64,000 nucleotides of DNA from Leucoraja erinacea (lineage: Eukaryota). The stretch lies in the NCBI RefSeq assembly GCF_028641065.1, contig NC_073380.1, forward strand, positions 81,158,001 to 81,222,000. The letters are read 5' to 3'. Below the pieces are notes generated by a model, which worked only from the letters and a program-made list of their open reading frames with translations, ran no database searches and had not been told where the DNA came from. The position numbers and the translations under genes were made by a program. Below, piece after piece: positions 11,290-25,495 of the stretch; the first letter of the stretch is position 1, and each line of letters begins with the position of its first letter.

Positions 11290-14200
11290 CAGGTGTGGAA
11301 TGGTGCATCTGTTGACTCCTGTTTGCTTTGCTCAACTACAGGCCCGTGAGTGAATACAATGATTGAGAGCAGCATGGTTTCACAATTATTCAGTGGGACA
11401 GATGTCTTCCTGAAATATTCCTCACATCTATCTTGGGATGGAATTGAAGGGGTCTCTTATTTGCAAGCACTATTTATTGCTTTCCCACCACCAATTTATA
11501 TTTTTTCTTTCTCCTTTCTGGCCCACCCTACGACATTCTGACTGTCTTATATATAAGCATGATATTTTAATTCTGCATCCAAGACCACATGCATTGATTT
11601 TCTTGGAATGAAATAATGCTGAACATTTCAATTCGTTTTTGAAGCAAAAACTCCTCCAAATGTGGAAATCTGAAACTAATGCAGAAAGTACCAAAGAACA
11701 TTCAACAGATCGGGCAGCAACTTGCATAGTAAAACAGAGTTGGATGTTTCAGGTCAGGGGAATCTTTCATCCACCGACACTGCCAGACTTAATTTTTTTT
11801 CTGGCGTTTTCTGTTTTTCCTCAATTTTGTCGTTTTTCTATGAAATTTTATGGTGAATCCCTTGATCCACTGGGATTATCTAAGGTGAGCAGCAAATCAG
11901 CTGCTGGCCGCCACGAAAGTTAATTTAATACTTCAACTGGGCTGAGTAGAATATGCGTGTTTCAATAGTTCCTAATACAGAAGTTCCTAATACAGACCAG
12001 ATGTTTTCCATGTGACTGTTTGCACCTGGTAATAGACTGTTGCCATGAATGTATGCAAATATCTTCAAAGAATTGAAAGTCCCTGACACCAGACTGCTAG
12101 GTTGTGCTCTAGTCAAAATGTACAAACTGTCTTTATTTCCTGTTGTGGTCCACAGCCCACGCATCTTATTGCTTTAGATTCACAACTAAAAAATGCCTTC
12201 AGGGATGAACTTAATGATTACTGCAATGACTGGTATTTAATGTACTCTAAGTGTGAAACCTCATTGGAGATTATGGACTTGTATCTGCTGAATTTAGAAG
12301 TGAGAGATGAGATGTAATTGAAGCACAAATTCTTGAGGGAAACATGATTTTCTCTAGAGATAGACAATTGGTGCAGGAGAAGCCCTTTCGGCCCTTCGAG
12401 CCAACACCGCCATTCACTGTGACCGTGGTTGATCATCCACAATCAGTACCCTGTTCCTGCCTTCTCCACATATCCCTTGACTAGAATCCCATTCTGGACT
12501 AGAATCCCATATCAATTAATCTAGAACAATGTTTGTTTAAGAAGGAACTGCAGATGCTGGAAAATAGAAGGTAGACAAAAATGCTGGAGAAACTCAGTGG
12601 GTGAGGCAGCATCTATGGAGCAAAGGAAATAGGCGACGTTTCGGGTCGAGACCCTTCTTCAGACTGAACAAGGGATCACTTTAAAACCTAGTGGTCTCCC
12701 ATTTATACGGGTGAGGCAATAATTTGTGAAATCATAACGACTTAAAAAACAGGACCAGGCCTATCCATGCCTTGAATCTGCTCTGATGTTCAGTAAGGTC
12801 ATGGCTAATCCAGTTTCAGCCTCGGTGCTATGTCCTACTCTTTCTCCATGGACCTTGAGTATATTTAATAACTCCACTTCACAGCTCTCTGCGGCAGAGA
12901 ATTCCAAAAGTTCTTGACACTCTGAGAGAAGAAATTCCACCACATCTTATGGATTTTGAATAGCCTTTCAAACATATGTCCTTAAAGGGCATTGGAAGAT
13001 TCTTTGAATATTCTTTGAAGTGCAGAAATAGGCCATTTGGTCCGTCAAGCCTGATCTCTTAAGTATGATTATGGCTGATCATATTCCATATTCCTGCACT
13101 TCCCATACCCCTCCATATGTGTTTTTTTATGCCTGTAAAGCTACCTGTTTCTGGAAATATTTAGTAACTAGGCCTCCATATAATCTGTGGTGGCATATTC
13201 CAGAAGTTAATCACCATCGAGTGAATAAGTTTTTCCTTATTTCAGTCCTATATTCCTTGTCAAATAAACCAGAGAGTGTGACTCGTGTTTGGTATCCCAC
13301 CAGGGGAATCGGCCTCCATGCATCCTGTCAGAATTTGTTATGATTCCATTATATCCCCTCATTCTCATTGATGAATACAAAGCTCGGCCACTTGATCTGT
13401 CCTCAAAAGCCAGTTCTGCCATCCCAGAATGCAATAAATAGGAATTGCAGATGGTAGTTTATACCAAAAAGTAAAGACACAAAATGCGGTATCCCTCTTG
13501 GGATCCTAAAATGTATCCCTTGTAGGATCGCACTGTCCCTAGAAGTTTGCAACAATGTATACCTCTTTACTCGAGCCAACAATTGGCCTATCAGGGAACC
13601 TCCCTTCCTGAGGCTATTTGGTGCCAGCCCTGATTTGGCTTGGTCTTTTGCCTCCAGTCCTTCGCTCTCCCTCTCTCTCCCCCCCCCCCCCCCCCCCCCC
13701 CCCCCCCACCCTCTTCAACACTAGGTCTCAAGAAACTAAAATATTACTATCCATTTTCTCCAGAGATGCTGCCTGACCAGTTGAGTTACTCCAGCATTTT
13801 GTGTCTATCTCTACCATCCCAGGAATTAGTCTTGTGAACCTCAAGCTTTGTCTGTCCTTTGTGGGATTGGTGGAGCAGTCTTGTTTCGGGACCCACTCCC
13901 TCAGTTCTTTTTCCAATACATCAACAACTGCATTGGCGATGCAAGGGCCCTGGATGGAAGTTAAAGAGAACGTGCAGGGACATGTGTCACAATTGCATGG
14001 GAAATTCATGGCAAGGGCTTTTTACAGTTGACGTGTCTGCCTGTTGAATATTTTGGGATTTCTTTTGGTGTTTGCTGCCTGCCTTAGCTTCTACTCTTCC
14101 AGTGCAAGTGTTGCAATCTAGTGTGGTTATTGTCCAGTATATATGCTTTCCTTTGACCCTGGTTTGCAGGTTCTGTATGCTGAATTGTCCAATAACTCCT

Positions 14201-14411
14201 CCATTGTATTAGACATAATATTGCAATTCAGAATTGTAATCCCTCTGGTGCTGAAGGAAACTATTATACTTTGCATTTGTATGCATCAGTGGTGATATAA
14301 GTTCAACCCCCCCAGTGCATTGATTATATATGTTGCTCTTTGGTGTTTTGTAACCAAGTAGAAGTTGTTCTAAAGTGATTTCTTCTATTCTCTTTCTACA
14401 TTCTCCCTCAG

Positions 14412-16610
14412 CAGTGGACACATGGATGAAGTTCAGATTGAAAGAAACAATGGAAATCTCTGACAGTAGAGTTTGAAGATTCGCCTGGCAATTGAATTAT
14501 TCTTGGGCAAGATTTGTTGTAGAATGAAGTCTGTGATTCACTGTGCTCAAGAACCCTTCAGCTGTTGGGAGTTCATTACTGTGCCGCCCGTCTGCCATCT
14601 CTGAAATGGCTTCTTTATCCTGCCTTTACTAAACCAATGGTATCAATCGTGCAATCCATTCTGCACAAGATTATCTCTCAATATATTTTTTTGTTTGGAA
14701 TCAATAATTTCAGTGTTAATCTACTTAAAATACCATTCATAGATTACTGAAGGGTGTGATCCAATTACCTGCCCGCTGAGATGGGGCCTGTTCACTATGC
14801 ATTGTGTTGCACTATGATTCTTGATTATGTTTGTTTGGTCTTTCATTATTTTAAATGAAATGGACCAAACACAGAAAACCATATTAATTATAATGTGTTC
14901 TAAACTATTTTCAGATTTTGCCTTATTTGTAAAGGTATGTATGAAAAGGAGCATTGCATGAGTGCTGCTGCATGTGTGTGTCAGCCCATGTCCCCAGAGC
15001 GTTAATGAATGTCATAACTTCAGGCATCGTGAGGAGATTATTATTTTTTAATCATGTGTCAATAGCAACAAATTCTCTACAGAAACTTATCACAAGACTG
15101 TTAACTGACTGCCCTCTCTACAGAGCACTCAGTGACCCTGCTCCTCTTGTGATTAAGAGAGTGCAAAATTTCCATCCTCAGTTTAGAGAATTTCTTGCTT
15201 TTTAATAGTTGAAGCTGTAGAAGTTTTGTTTTTAAATAACTCTATAGCATTTTAATTATTTGCAGTTATAAGTGTTAAATAGTTCTCTAATTAAAAAAAA
15301 AAAACATCTTGGCACCTGCAGCAGTTGCTCGCTCCTCACTCAGGATTCTGGACCTGTAGAAAATGTTTTTAATTGCAGATGTTGCAGTGATGTTGTACCA
15401 AAGTGGTCTGACCTCTACACCAAGCAAGGCAGCTGCTTTTCCAACTTCCCTTGCCCAAAGAGAGCATGCTATCCCACTCCAAGGAAGCCTGCTTGTCTTT
15501 GACCTGTAGATAAATGGCTTAACCTAGATCTCCTCCTACGATCCTATACAATCTGTATCCAACATTCAGGTCTTCGAATTCCAAACCACCACTCACTAAG
15601 AGTGCTGCCTATTGCCGGCGATGGGAGTAAAGCCTGGTTTTTACTTCGCATCAGATTTTAGCTATTTGAGACTCTGAGATAGTTGAAAAAGTTTGATTAG
15701 AAATAAGACCTCGTAACGATACACATTCTTTTCCAGGGCCACAAGAGACAATGAAAGTGAACTAGTAACATTGCTATTTACTAGATAATTGTGTTTGTGT
15801 TAATTTGCAACATAGCTTATCATGGGGCAAGTCTATTATTGGAGAAGAACAGTGGGCAGATAATATAAAGCATTTAAAGAGTATTTGCATGAAATTAATG
15901 GTCTGTCCAAAATTGAGAAAATAATGTAATGCATTTAAAATTTGAAGTGAATTTATGCATAATTTTACTTTATTAACGTAGTTTAATGTTTTCAGTAAAG
16001 CTCTAGTGTAATTATGTGAATCACTAATTTAATGTGAATGGATTCAGTGAGATATTAATGTGTTGCAGTTCATGCCTCCTGCACTCACACTAAATTGGTT
16101 TGTGGCTATTCCAATAGTTTTGAATTGGCATCATATTTCATATTTTAACATCCATTTTTAATTACAATTGAGAATTGTTTTCAATTTAATTCAGATTATT
16201 GGAACATTAATTGTTTTATCACAAATTACTTCAAGAGCAGGCTCTTTGTTCAACATGATTGAGTAATTGTTTAATTAGTAACTGACGTGCTCTTTCTGTC
16301 TGCAGCCTCAGACTGTTTTGTATTCTAATTATATTTTTAAGGTAAAGTTCCAACTCTGTTAATATTGTGAATGTATCCCTTCCTTTGCAGAACTAACAGT
16401 AAGTCATGGCCAAGTGATTATTCTTTTAGTCTCTCTACCTATTAATTTAATTTTTCTAACCTGTCAGCTGCCTTTCAAATAGGCATTGTACTGTGGGAAC
16501 AAGATTGAGTATTGATAAAAATTGATGCCAGGACAAATTCTACACAAATACAATTACTGTCACCTATTTCAAACTCACAGTTTGACCACTTAAGATTAGT
16601 TAATAAATAA
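14412..16610 (+). other. Candidate non-coding 3'-UTR exon of STARD3NL
   Basis: Donor-like CAG|GTGTGG 3 nt after the stop; long pyrimidine tract plus ag at 14380-14411; about 2.2 kb of repeat-free AT-rich sequence ending at AATAAA 16602-16607. Inference only. Confidence 0.35.
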
Positions 16611-16744
16611 TTGTTGGAATTAAAAACGATCAACAAATGCAGAATCTGTTCTCAGCTGCTGTATGTAATACCTGCATCTAAAGTAATGGCTTGTTTTATT
16701 CATGAAGTAAATGGATTATCTTTATTTATTTACATGCACTACAG

Positions 16745-17410
16745 ATCTGCGTGGGTTTTCTCCGAGATCTTTGGTTTCCTCCCACACTCCAAAGACGTAC
16801 AGGTTTGCAGGTTAATTGGCTTGGTAAATGTAAAAATTGTCACTAGTGGGTGCAGGATAGTGTAATGTGAGGGAATTGCTGGTCGGCGCGGACCCGGTGT
16901 ATCTCTAAACTAAATTGGGTAAGTGGGCTGAAGAATGACAAATAGAATTTCATTCAGATAAGTGCAAGATGTTGCACTTTGGGAGTCAAACCAGGATAGG
17001 ACTTTTACAGTGAACAATACGGTCTGGAAATTGTTGTGAAACAGAGGGACCTAGAAGAACAGTACATAATTCCCTGAAAGTGACATCACAAAAGGGCTTT
17101 TGACATGCTGGCCTTGATCAGTAAGGGCATTGAGTACAGAAGTTACAGAAGTACAGCAGTTGTACAAGACATTACCAAGACCTCACTTGGAGTATTGTGT
17201 CTAGTTTTAGTCACCCAGTTGTGGGAAACATACCATTTTGTTGAAGAATGCAGAAAAGATTTCCAAACATGTTGTTAGGGCTCAGTGGACTGAGTTATAG
17301 GCTAGGACTTTATTCCTCAAAGTATACAAAACTGAGGGCTGATCTTATAGAGGTGTATAAAATCATAAGGGGGATCGGGTGAATGCACACAGATTGGGGA
17401 ATTGAGAATT
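16745..17410 (+). mobile_element. V-SINE (HE1-like) fragment followed by a decayed CR1 fragment
   Basis: V-domain TGCGTGGGTTTTCTCC...CTCCCACACTCCAAAGACGTACAGGTT; CR1-like sequence from about 16915. Confidence 0.75.
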
Positions 17411-17412
17411 AT

Positions 17413-17770
17413 GGGCCTGTCCCACTTAGGCGTCTTTTTAGGCGACTGCAGGAGACTATGCAGTCACCACATGTTCGCGGTGGTTGCCGGGGAGTCGCCT
17501 TCATGGTCGTGAGGAGTTCCCGCATTCTGGGACAATGTTGAAAAATTAGTGGCGACTAGAATGAAGCCGCCAGCGAGTGTAGCGAGAATTCTCGTGCCGT
17601 AGGTGGGTCGCCAAGTGGTGCAAGTGGGTTGCCAGGAGTTGAAGGTTCTCGTAGGTTGTAGCCGGTGCTGACCAGTGAATTTCATTGGCTCATTGGGGGA
17701 ATAAAACGTAAGCAGTAGTTTTCAGAACCAAGGATAACCGACCGGTAAGCTTCACAGCCGTGTATCTCTG
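17413..17770. mobile_element. GC-rich putative non-autonomous DNA transposon fragment (Harbinger-like end)
   Basis: Starts GGGCCTGTCCCACTT, abrupt compositional shift, internal inverted motifs; second terminus not seen. Confidence 0.35.
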
Positions 17771-19819
17771 GTTTGGACTTGAGCTGAGCCAAATTGTGAG
17801 CTAACCATCAGGGAAAGGTGCTGATGGGAATCTGTCTGCCTAACTACTTGTTGTAGATGTATCTGTCCAACGCAGCGCAGGTGATCACATTGTCTTAATA
17901 AGCATAGAGTGATTTAGGATTCTCCTTGTTTGTATCTGCCAAGGATATTGCGTGGCCTTTTTGTGCCCCTAATTTATTTTGTGCTACTCTCCTGCACCAT
18001 TGTTATTTCTCAAATGACTCACTTGATTGCAACTACACATACATATCATATTTCCCCACCCCCCCATCAAATCTTTAATGGCCTTGTTGCCCAATGCATT
18101 AAAGGGTTCTAAAGTAAATACGAGGAACAAAATCAACGGCCTACATCTTGTCGCATTCATGTATAGTTGCTGTTGGTCGCTGTGTGTGTATGTATTGGGA
18201 CGGGGATGGGCAGTGTAAAGGTCATCCTCAATGATGGAGTAATAATCCGCAGTTGGTCTACATTTTAACTATAGTTGAATATCCACGGTGTCTTCTGAAC
18301 TCCATTGATATACAGCACTCATAGAAATTGCTATAACGAAGAAATAAGTGAAATCATTACAATCAATAGAAGCGTCGAGTGGATAAGTAGAAAGCAACCC
18401 ATTTCAAACCGTTATAAAATATGATATAATTTTAAAAATAATAAAATCCCACTAAACACATATTATCCACGTTATTTCACGATAACCAGGGCCACGATCA
18501 CCGATGAGATGTAATATTTCCTATAATGTAGTTAACTCGGGGATGGAACTAGTTGGCGTATTCACAAGAAACTCGCCCCTGACGTGAGCTGCATGCTACA
18601 CACAAATTAATCACAGCAAAAAGACGCACTCGCTCTTAAAAAAAAAAAGTGATCTATAGGTGCGCCTTTAATCTGGTATGAATCTAAAGTCAAAATGGTA
18701 ATTTAATGAAAACTCTCCCAGATATTGAAACTCCATTTGGCGATTTGCCTGTGGGATTAAAACGCGCCGAAAGGCCATGCTTGTCCAAAGTGACAGCGAG
18801 GCGCAAGAACACGAGAAACAAGGGAGACCAGGCCGGTGGATTATAACGAAAGTGGTTCACTTGTTTAGTGGGCACTGTTTAGGGACATTTTCTTTCTCCT
18901 GCTGTGTTACTCCAGCACTATGTCTTTTTATCTGTTAACCAGCACCTGTAATTGGTTATTTCTCCATGTTAGTGCTCTCTGCAGCTTTACCTTACTCCAC
19001 AACAAAACAGCCACAAAGCCATTTCCAAACTGCCGTCAGCTTCCGAGAAAGGGTAATTTTACTTTGGGATTGTTATACATTCGTTTGATTTCAGCTGCAG
19101 CCTGGGCCTCTTAAATCATCTTAAAGCCGCAACAACTAACAATAAGCTATGAAATCACTGATTCAACACAAATCTCACCCCACGCCTCTAAATTACCTAC
19201 TCGTGCGGATCAACAAAATCCAAACATGGACCCTTTAGAATTTGCTCATTCATGTGGAACTCGAAGGACAAACTACTTTTTCAAACATACCTTTCGCTTT
19301 AGTTCATCAACCCAATCCATATTCTGCAAATAAACTAACAGAAATATTTGGCCAAAATGTTGCACATTTTATTGTGCACTTGAAAATTACTTGATATCGG
19401 TACAAAAAGTCAATGGTCCCGGACCATAATCATTAACCTGTTTCCTTTCTGTTGAGCGCTAATGTTTTCAGCAGTTCTTCAAAATCCCCAGCATTTGAGG
19501 ATGGTGAAAGCAAATTGCTTTTTTAGTTACACAAAAAGCTGGAGAAACTCAGCGGGTGCAGCAGCATCTATGGAGCGAAGGAAATAGTTTTTTTAGTTCC
19601 CTTGCTGTTGTTATGTGCTCGTTTTGTTTTAAATGTGCCATTATCGGCAACGCTAACATTTTTGTTCTTTCTGTAAGTACAGTTTGTAAGCTGCATTAAA
19701 GTTCCACGTCGGCCATAGTGGGATTTGAGCTCTGCCCCACCGCGTTTGCTTTAATTTGTGAACGTTATACTCTATTTATAGTTGATCCCGTAATCTTAGG
19801 GCACCCAGTGTGTTATGTA

Positions 19820-21140
19820 ATACCATATAACCATAGAACAATTACAGCACGGAAACAGGCCATCTCGACCCTTCTAGTCCGTGCCGAACACGTATTCTCC
19901 CCTAGTCCCATATACCTGCGCTCAGACCAAAACCCTCCATTCCTTTCCCGTCCATATAACCATCCAATCCACTTTTAAATGATAATAACGAACCTGCCTC
20001 CACCACCTTCAGTGGAAGCTCATTCCACACAGCCACCACTCTCTGAATAAAGAAGTTCCCCCTCATGTTACCCCTAAACTTCAGTCCCTTAATTCTCAAG
20101 TCATGTCCCCTTGTTTGAATCTTCCCTACTCTCAGTGGGAAAAGCTTATCCACGTCAACTCTGTCTATCCCTCTCATCATTTTAAAGACCTCTATCATGT
20201 CCCCCCCTTAACCTTCTGCGCTCCAAAGAATAAAGCCCTAACTTGTTCAACATTTCTCTGTAACTTAGTTGCTGAAACCCAGGCAACAATCTAATAAATC
20301 TCCTCTGTACTCTCTCTATTTTGTTGACATCCTTCCTATAATTAGGTGACCAAAATTGTACACTATACTCCAGAATTGGCCTCACCAATGCCTTGTACAA
20401 TGTTAACATTACATCCCAACTTCTATACTCAATGCTCCGATTTATAAAGGCCAGCACACCAAAAGCTTTCTTTACCACCCTATCTACATGAGATTCCACT
20501 TTCAGGGAACTGTGCATAGTTATTCCCAGATCCCTCTGTTCACCTGCATTCTTCAATTCCCTACCATTTACCATGTACGTCCTATTTTGATTTGCCCTGC
20601 CAAGATGTAGCACCTCACACTTATCAGTATTAAACTCCATCTGCCATTCCTCAGCCCACTCTTCCAACTGGCATACATCTCTCTGTAGACTTTGAAAATC
20701 TACTTCATTATCCACAGCCCCACCTATCTTAGTATCATCTGCATACTTACTAATCCAATTTACCACACCATCATCCAGATCATTGATGTACGTGACAAAC
20801 AACAGTGGACCCAACACAGATCCCTGTGGCACCCCACTACTCACTGGCCTCCAACCTGACAAACAACCATCCACCATTACTCTCTGGCATCTCCCATTCA
20901 GCCACTGTTGAATCCATCTTGCTACTCCACCATTAATCCCCAACCATTGAACCTTCTTAACCAACCTTCCATGAGGAACCTTGTCAAAGGCCTTACTGAA
21001 GTCCATATATACAACATCCACTGCTTTACCCTCATCAATTTCCCGAGTAACCTCTTCAAATAATTCAAGAAGATGAGTCAAACATGACCTTCCAGGCACA
21101 AATCCATGTTGACTGTTCCTAATCAGACCCTGTTTATCAT
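19820..21140 (-). mobile_element. 5'-truncated CR1 (RT with YADD), one frameshift
   Basis: ORFs 20182-21228 and 19902-20198; same subfamily as 2847-3610. Confidence 0.92.
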
Positions 21141-22189
21141 ATACAGAATATAACAGAAGAATTAAATGTTTATTGAAGTCACACTTGAAATAAAGCACAG
21201 CGCCCATTTTGCAAGTTCTCGCAAACAATATTATGATGCAGACTAAATGTTCTGTTTCGGAATGTTGACGGGGATAAATAATGAAATATTAGCTGCGATA
21301 CGCGAAATAACTTCCCTCTCCTCAAAGGTTGTAGTAGTATGAAATCTATTTAAGTTCACTTGTGGACCAAAGGGGCTCAGAAAGACGACGTCGCTTGTAG
21401 CACATGAGCACCATCCCAGATTGTCAGCCTGGATAAAGGGACTCAAGTCTCTGCAATGGTGTTGGAACATAACCTACTAAAGCCTAAAGATAAAAGTGTA
21501 TATTGACATGGCGCTAATGTCCCCATGTTTTAACATGTTTTAAGGGAGGGTGAGTGAGGCAGGGAGGAAGTAGGAGAAGAATAAACAAATGTGTTAGGTA
21601 TTCGTGGCAGAAAGATGTCAAGTCTCAAGTAACAACAACAAAGATGGGCGAGACTATAGGTTCAACCATGGCCTATCTGATAACTAGGCTAAGAGCTGAA
21701 GATTAAAGTTTACGATTAAATGAACATTATTTCCTGTTTTGTCAACTTCGCGGACGGTTAATCAGATATCTGCTAATGCAGAGGAAGTGGCATGCTGTGA
21801 ACAGTTAAAATAACCGTTTGCCGTTGTGTAAAATATTTGTTCCACATGGCACTTCTAAACACTTACACAGATATCGTCGCAGCACGTACTACTTTTCTTT
21901 CCTATGCTTATCTAATTCCCTTTTCACGATCGAATACACTCCCATTTGATTTCAACTAATGAATTCCACACCACTTCAACTCATTGTTTAAAGTGAAATT
22001 ATATTATTTTAATGTACCCCGACAAATTCCCCCAGAATGTAGGAACGTAGAAATCAGAAATAATGGGTCATTCCTGCTCCAAAATACACTAGGACCATGG
22101 CTGATGCACTACTGTATCTGCATTTTCTCTTCCCATCTCTATTTCTTCCAATTCCATTATTGTCCAAAAACCCATGAACCCCAGTTACA

Positions 22190-22455
22190 TACATGGACAA
22201 TAGGTGCAGGAGTACCACCGCGATTCAATGTGATCATGGCTGATCATTCACAATTAATACCCCGTTCCTGCCTTCTCCCCATACCACTTGATTCCCCTAG
22301 CCATAAGAGCTCCATCTAACTCTCTTTTGAATGCATTCAATGAATCGGCCTCCACTGCTTTCTGAGGCAGATATTTCCACAAATTCACAACTCTCTGTGT
22401 GAAAACGTTTTTCCTCGTCTCAGTTCTAAATGGCCTAGCCCTTATTCTTAAGTTA
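22190..22455 (-). mobile_element. CR1 3' fragment
   Basis: ORF 22254-22487, FTQRVVNLW...GYGEKAGTGY-like. Confidence 0.8.
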
Positions 22456-25124
22456 GAATACAGAAGATAACTGAGCATGCACAGCACTCTTAGATAATGT
22501 CCGAATACGTGTAACTGTTTGTATGGAGAAATGTCTCATCGTGTGCACCCTAAATGCTACCCCTTTTCTGCGATTCTGCAACTGGATGCAAACTCTCCAC
22601 TCCGAGGAAACAGCCTTGTAATGTCCACTCTGCCAACCACCCTCTCCCTCAAAACCTACCTCCACGACATTACCCCCATATTCCCAACTCCAGTGTGTAT
22701 TGGACTGTCTTAATCTCGGCCTGTGGGACATTCTTTCCTTTCCCAATATCAATGTAGAAAATCTGCACCACATTAACTTAGAAGCAAACTAATTCCTCCT
22801 TCGCTGTGGGCATCAAAACTATTTAAAAGAATGGCTCACTAAACCCAAACTTTCTAACTTTCAACCTTTGAACAGTTGTACTACATTTTCCATTCGAAAA
22901 GAGCTGCTCAGCATTTCCGGACTATGCACGTGATTTAAGACTTCTTTCCCTCGTGTTGCCCTTGTGATTCCTATACGCTTCGCAGGCCTTGACATCCTTC
23001 CTAGCGTACGGTGCCGAGACTGGAAACAATATTCCACTTGAGCCAAACCACTATTTTCTGAGTGTATACGCATTTGGTTAACAGGATTAAGCTCAACAAG
23101 TAAGTGAACACAAGTAGCCGTTCTTTACAACCAGTCCTTATCAATGCTCCACACGAGCCTGCAGTCATTCCTTCGCATCTAATCTCTCTAAATCGTTATT
23201 CCTGCCTCTCTAGTACAGTTGCCTGGTCTCCCTTATAAACTTATCAACAGAATGGAGGCAGGAGTATTGACCAATCAAGGCCGCTGTATGATTTAACAAG
23301 ATTATGGTTCATGATTTTTTTTGAAATCCCAGCATCATTTTCTTTTCCTACCCCAATATCCCTCGATTCCCCTAATATCTAGATTTTTTTCCCCGAGGCA
23401 GATACGACAGTGGCATTTAAGAGGCTTTCAACTGGCGCATGGATATGCAGGGAATGGAGGGATGTGGATCATAAACAGACGGAGATTAGGACATCATGTT
23501 CCACATGGACGGTGTGCTGTACTGAGTGGGATAGGCTGGATGCAGCAGGTTAAAAATAATTTCCCTATTTTATCCATCAGAAAATAAACATTAAGTTCAA
23601 TCTTTAGACCTGAGAAATATATATGTGATCCCTTTATGCCTCTACCCACCAGGTAATACCTTGTCTCCATATTCTTCCTAGCAAAATGTACCACTTCACA
23701 GCTATCACCATTCCAGTATTTGTAAATGAGACATGTCAACGGCACACACTGTAATCGTGTTAACAGCAAGTCATGTGCGCGCTCCAGGGTGGATTTAGCA
23801 GCAACTCGTAAGCATGATATTACTACACATTTCGCGGAGCTGATCACACCAACTAAAACCTCAAATGTCGCTATTAACCGCGTTATTCGGTGTTTATTAC
23901 ATTTTCTTTATCTTAATTATTGCGCAAAACTCAGACAGATAACTTCAGTAATTTGGAAGTTTTTTTGTGATTAGGAATCGGTTACACTTCTCTGTCCCGG
24001 ATGAGATTAACGCGTGGCTGCAATTAGATAAAGCCAAATACTGAAGAAGGCAAGTAGGAGAGGATTGAATTCCGGAAAGCGTGCTGTACGATTCCATGCT
24101 GGAAATTTTCAATAAACAATGGGGTTATATTTCGGCGGTAAATGGGATTGAGAGGGAAAGATAAATGAGCCGCTATTGAATGGCAAAGTAGAATTGATGG
24201 GCTGAATGGCCTATTTCTGCTGCTTGAATTTATAAATGTATGAACTTGTATTTCATAGACCGCAGAGTGCTGGAGTAACTCAGGGGGCCAGGCAGCATCT
24301 CTTGAGGACATGATAGGCGACATTTCATGTCGGGACACTTCTTGTATTACAGGACTTGTATCTTTTAGCACGGGTGAATTCCGTTGGATAAATTAACCCA
24401 AATATTAAAATTCCAAAGCTAGACAAACGCTATCGCCTGTTTTGAGGAGATACAGGAGGCCCAATTCACCCCCAGCCCCTCTGGCATCACGCCAGCGCGG
24501 TGCTCACTGGATTTTGCTCTCTGAAATGGCCTCAGATCCTCACAAACATTGTGCACAGAATCCACATTCACTTTTTTGAGAGGATTTCAATTCCTGGATG
24601 AGATTCGAAAAGATGCCAGAGCAAAGAGATAAAGTCAGGCTTTCCATTGCGCTTGCTAGATCATTTATGATATTTGTGAGTTTTAAGTTCCTTTATGTAT
24701 ATTTTCTCGACGAAACCATCTCTCATTAAAAGCATGCTTAATAAAAAACACACGCTTAATAAAAACGGTGTCGATTTATTAAAACTTACCTTATTACACG
24801 CTTAGGTTTTACCAAGCAACATCCGCGGAAAGAGTAGTAAACGTTGCAAGTTGAGGCCACTTCGGAATTAAATGTTATTTATGTTTCTTTCATGTATTGA
24901 GGAGATGGCCTTCTGATGGGTTTTTTCTTTTGTTTCCGATTTACCGTATATGCAATTCAATGTTTTTATTAGTTTCCTTTAGAGGCAGCTGTACTTTGTG
25001 TTAAAATTATCACGAACTCAAAACAAAAGCATTAAACACTCACGGCGGAGGGTGCTAAATTGCAACTATTGGGAAGATCCAAAGTTTAATGGATTAAAAC
25101 ATCTTCATGTCTTATAAAGTTTGT

Positions 25125-25495
25125 AAGTAAGTAAGCAAGTATTCACAAACAAAGAATTTGCCTTGGTGCTCTGCCCACATGATATACAGTGACAGTTACG
25201 AATGACTCCGACAACACTAAACATTAATAATAATAAAACATTAATGTTAAAACACGATTGATCAAGCAAGCATGTGAACCAACAAAATACCAGATCAAAG
25301 GGAGGCTACATATTTTTGGCTGATGAGTAGAGCAACTACTTGTGGATAAAATCTGTTTTTATGTCTGGCTGTGGCAGCTTTGATAATCCGGAGTCGCCTT
25401 CCAGAGGGAAGTGATTCAAAGAGTTTGTGACCAGGGTGAGAGGGGTCAGAGATGATCTTGCCCGCTCACTTCCTAGCCCTTGCAGTGTACAGTGC
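25125..25495 (-). mobile_element. Rex1/Babar-like LINE 3' fragment
   Basis: Similar to 31550-31950; (aagt)n tail. Confidence 0.65.
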
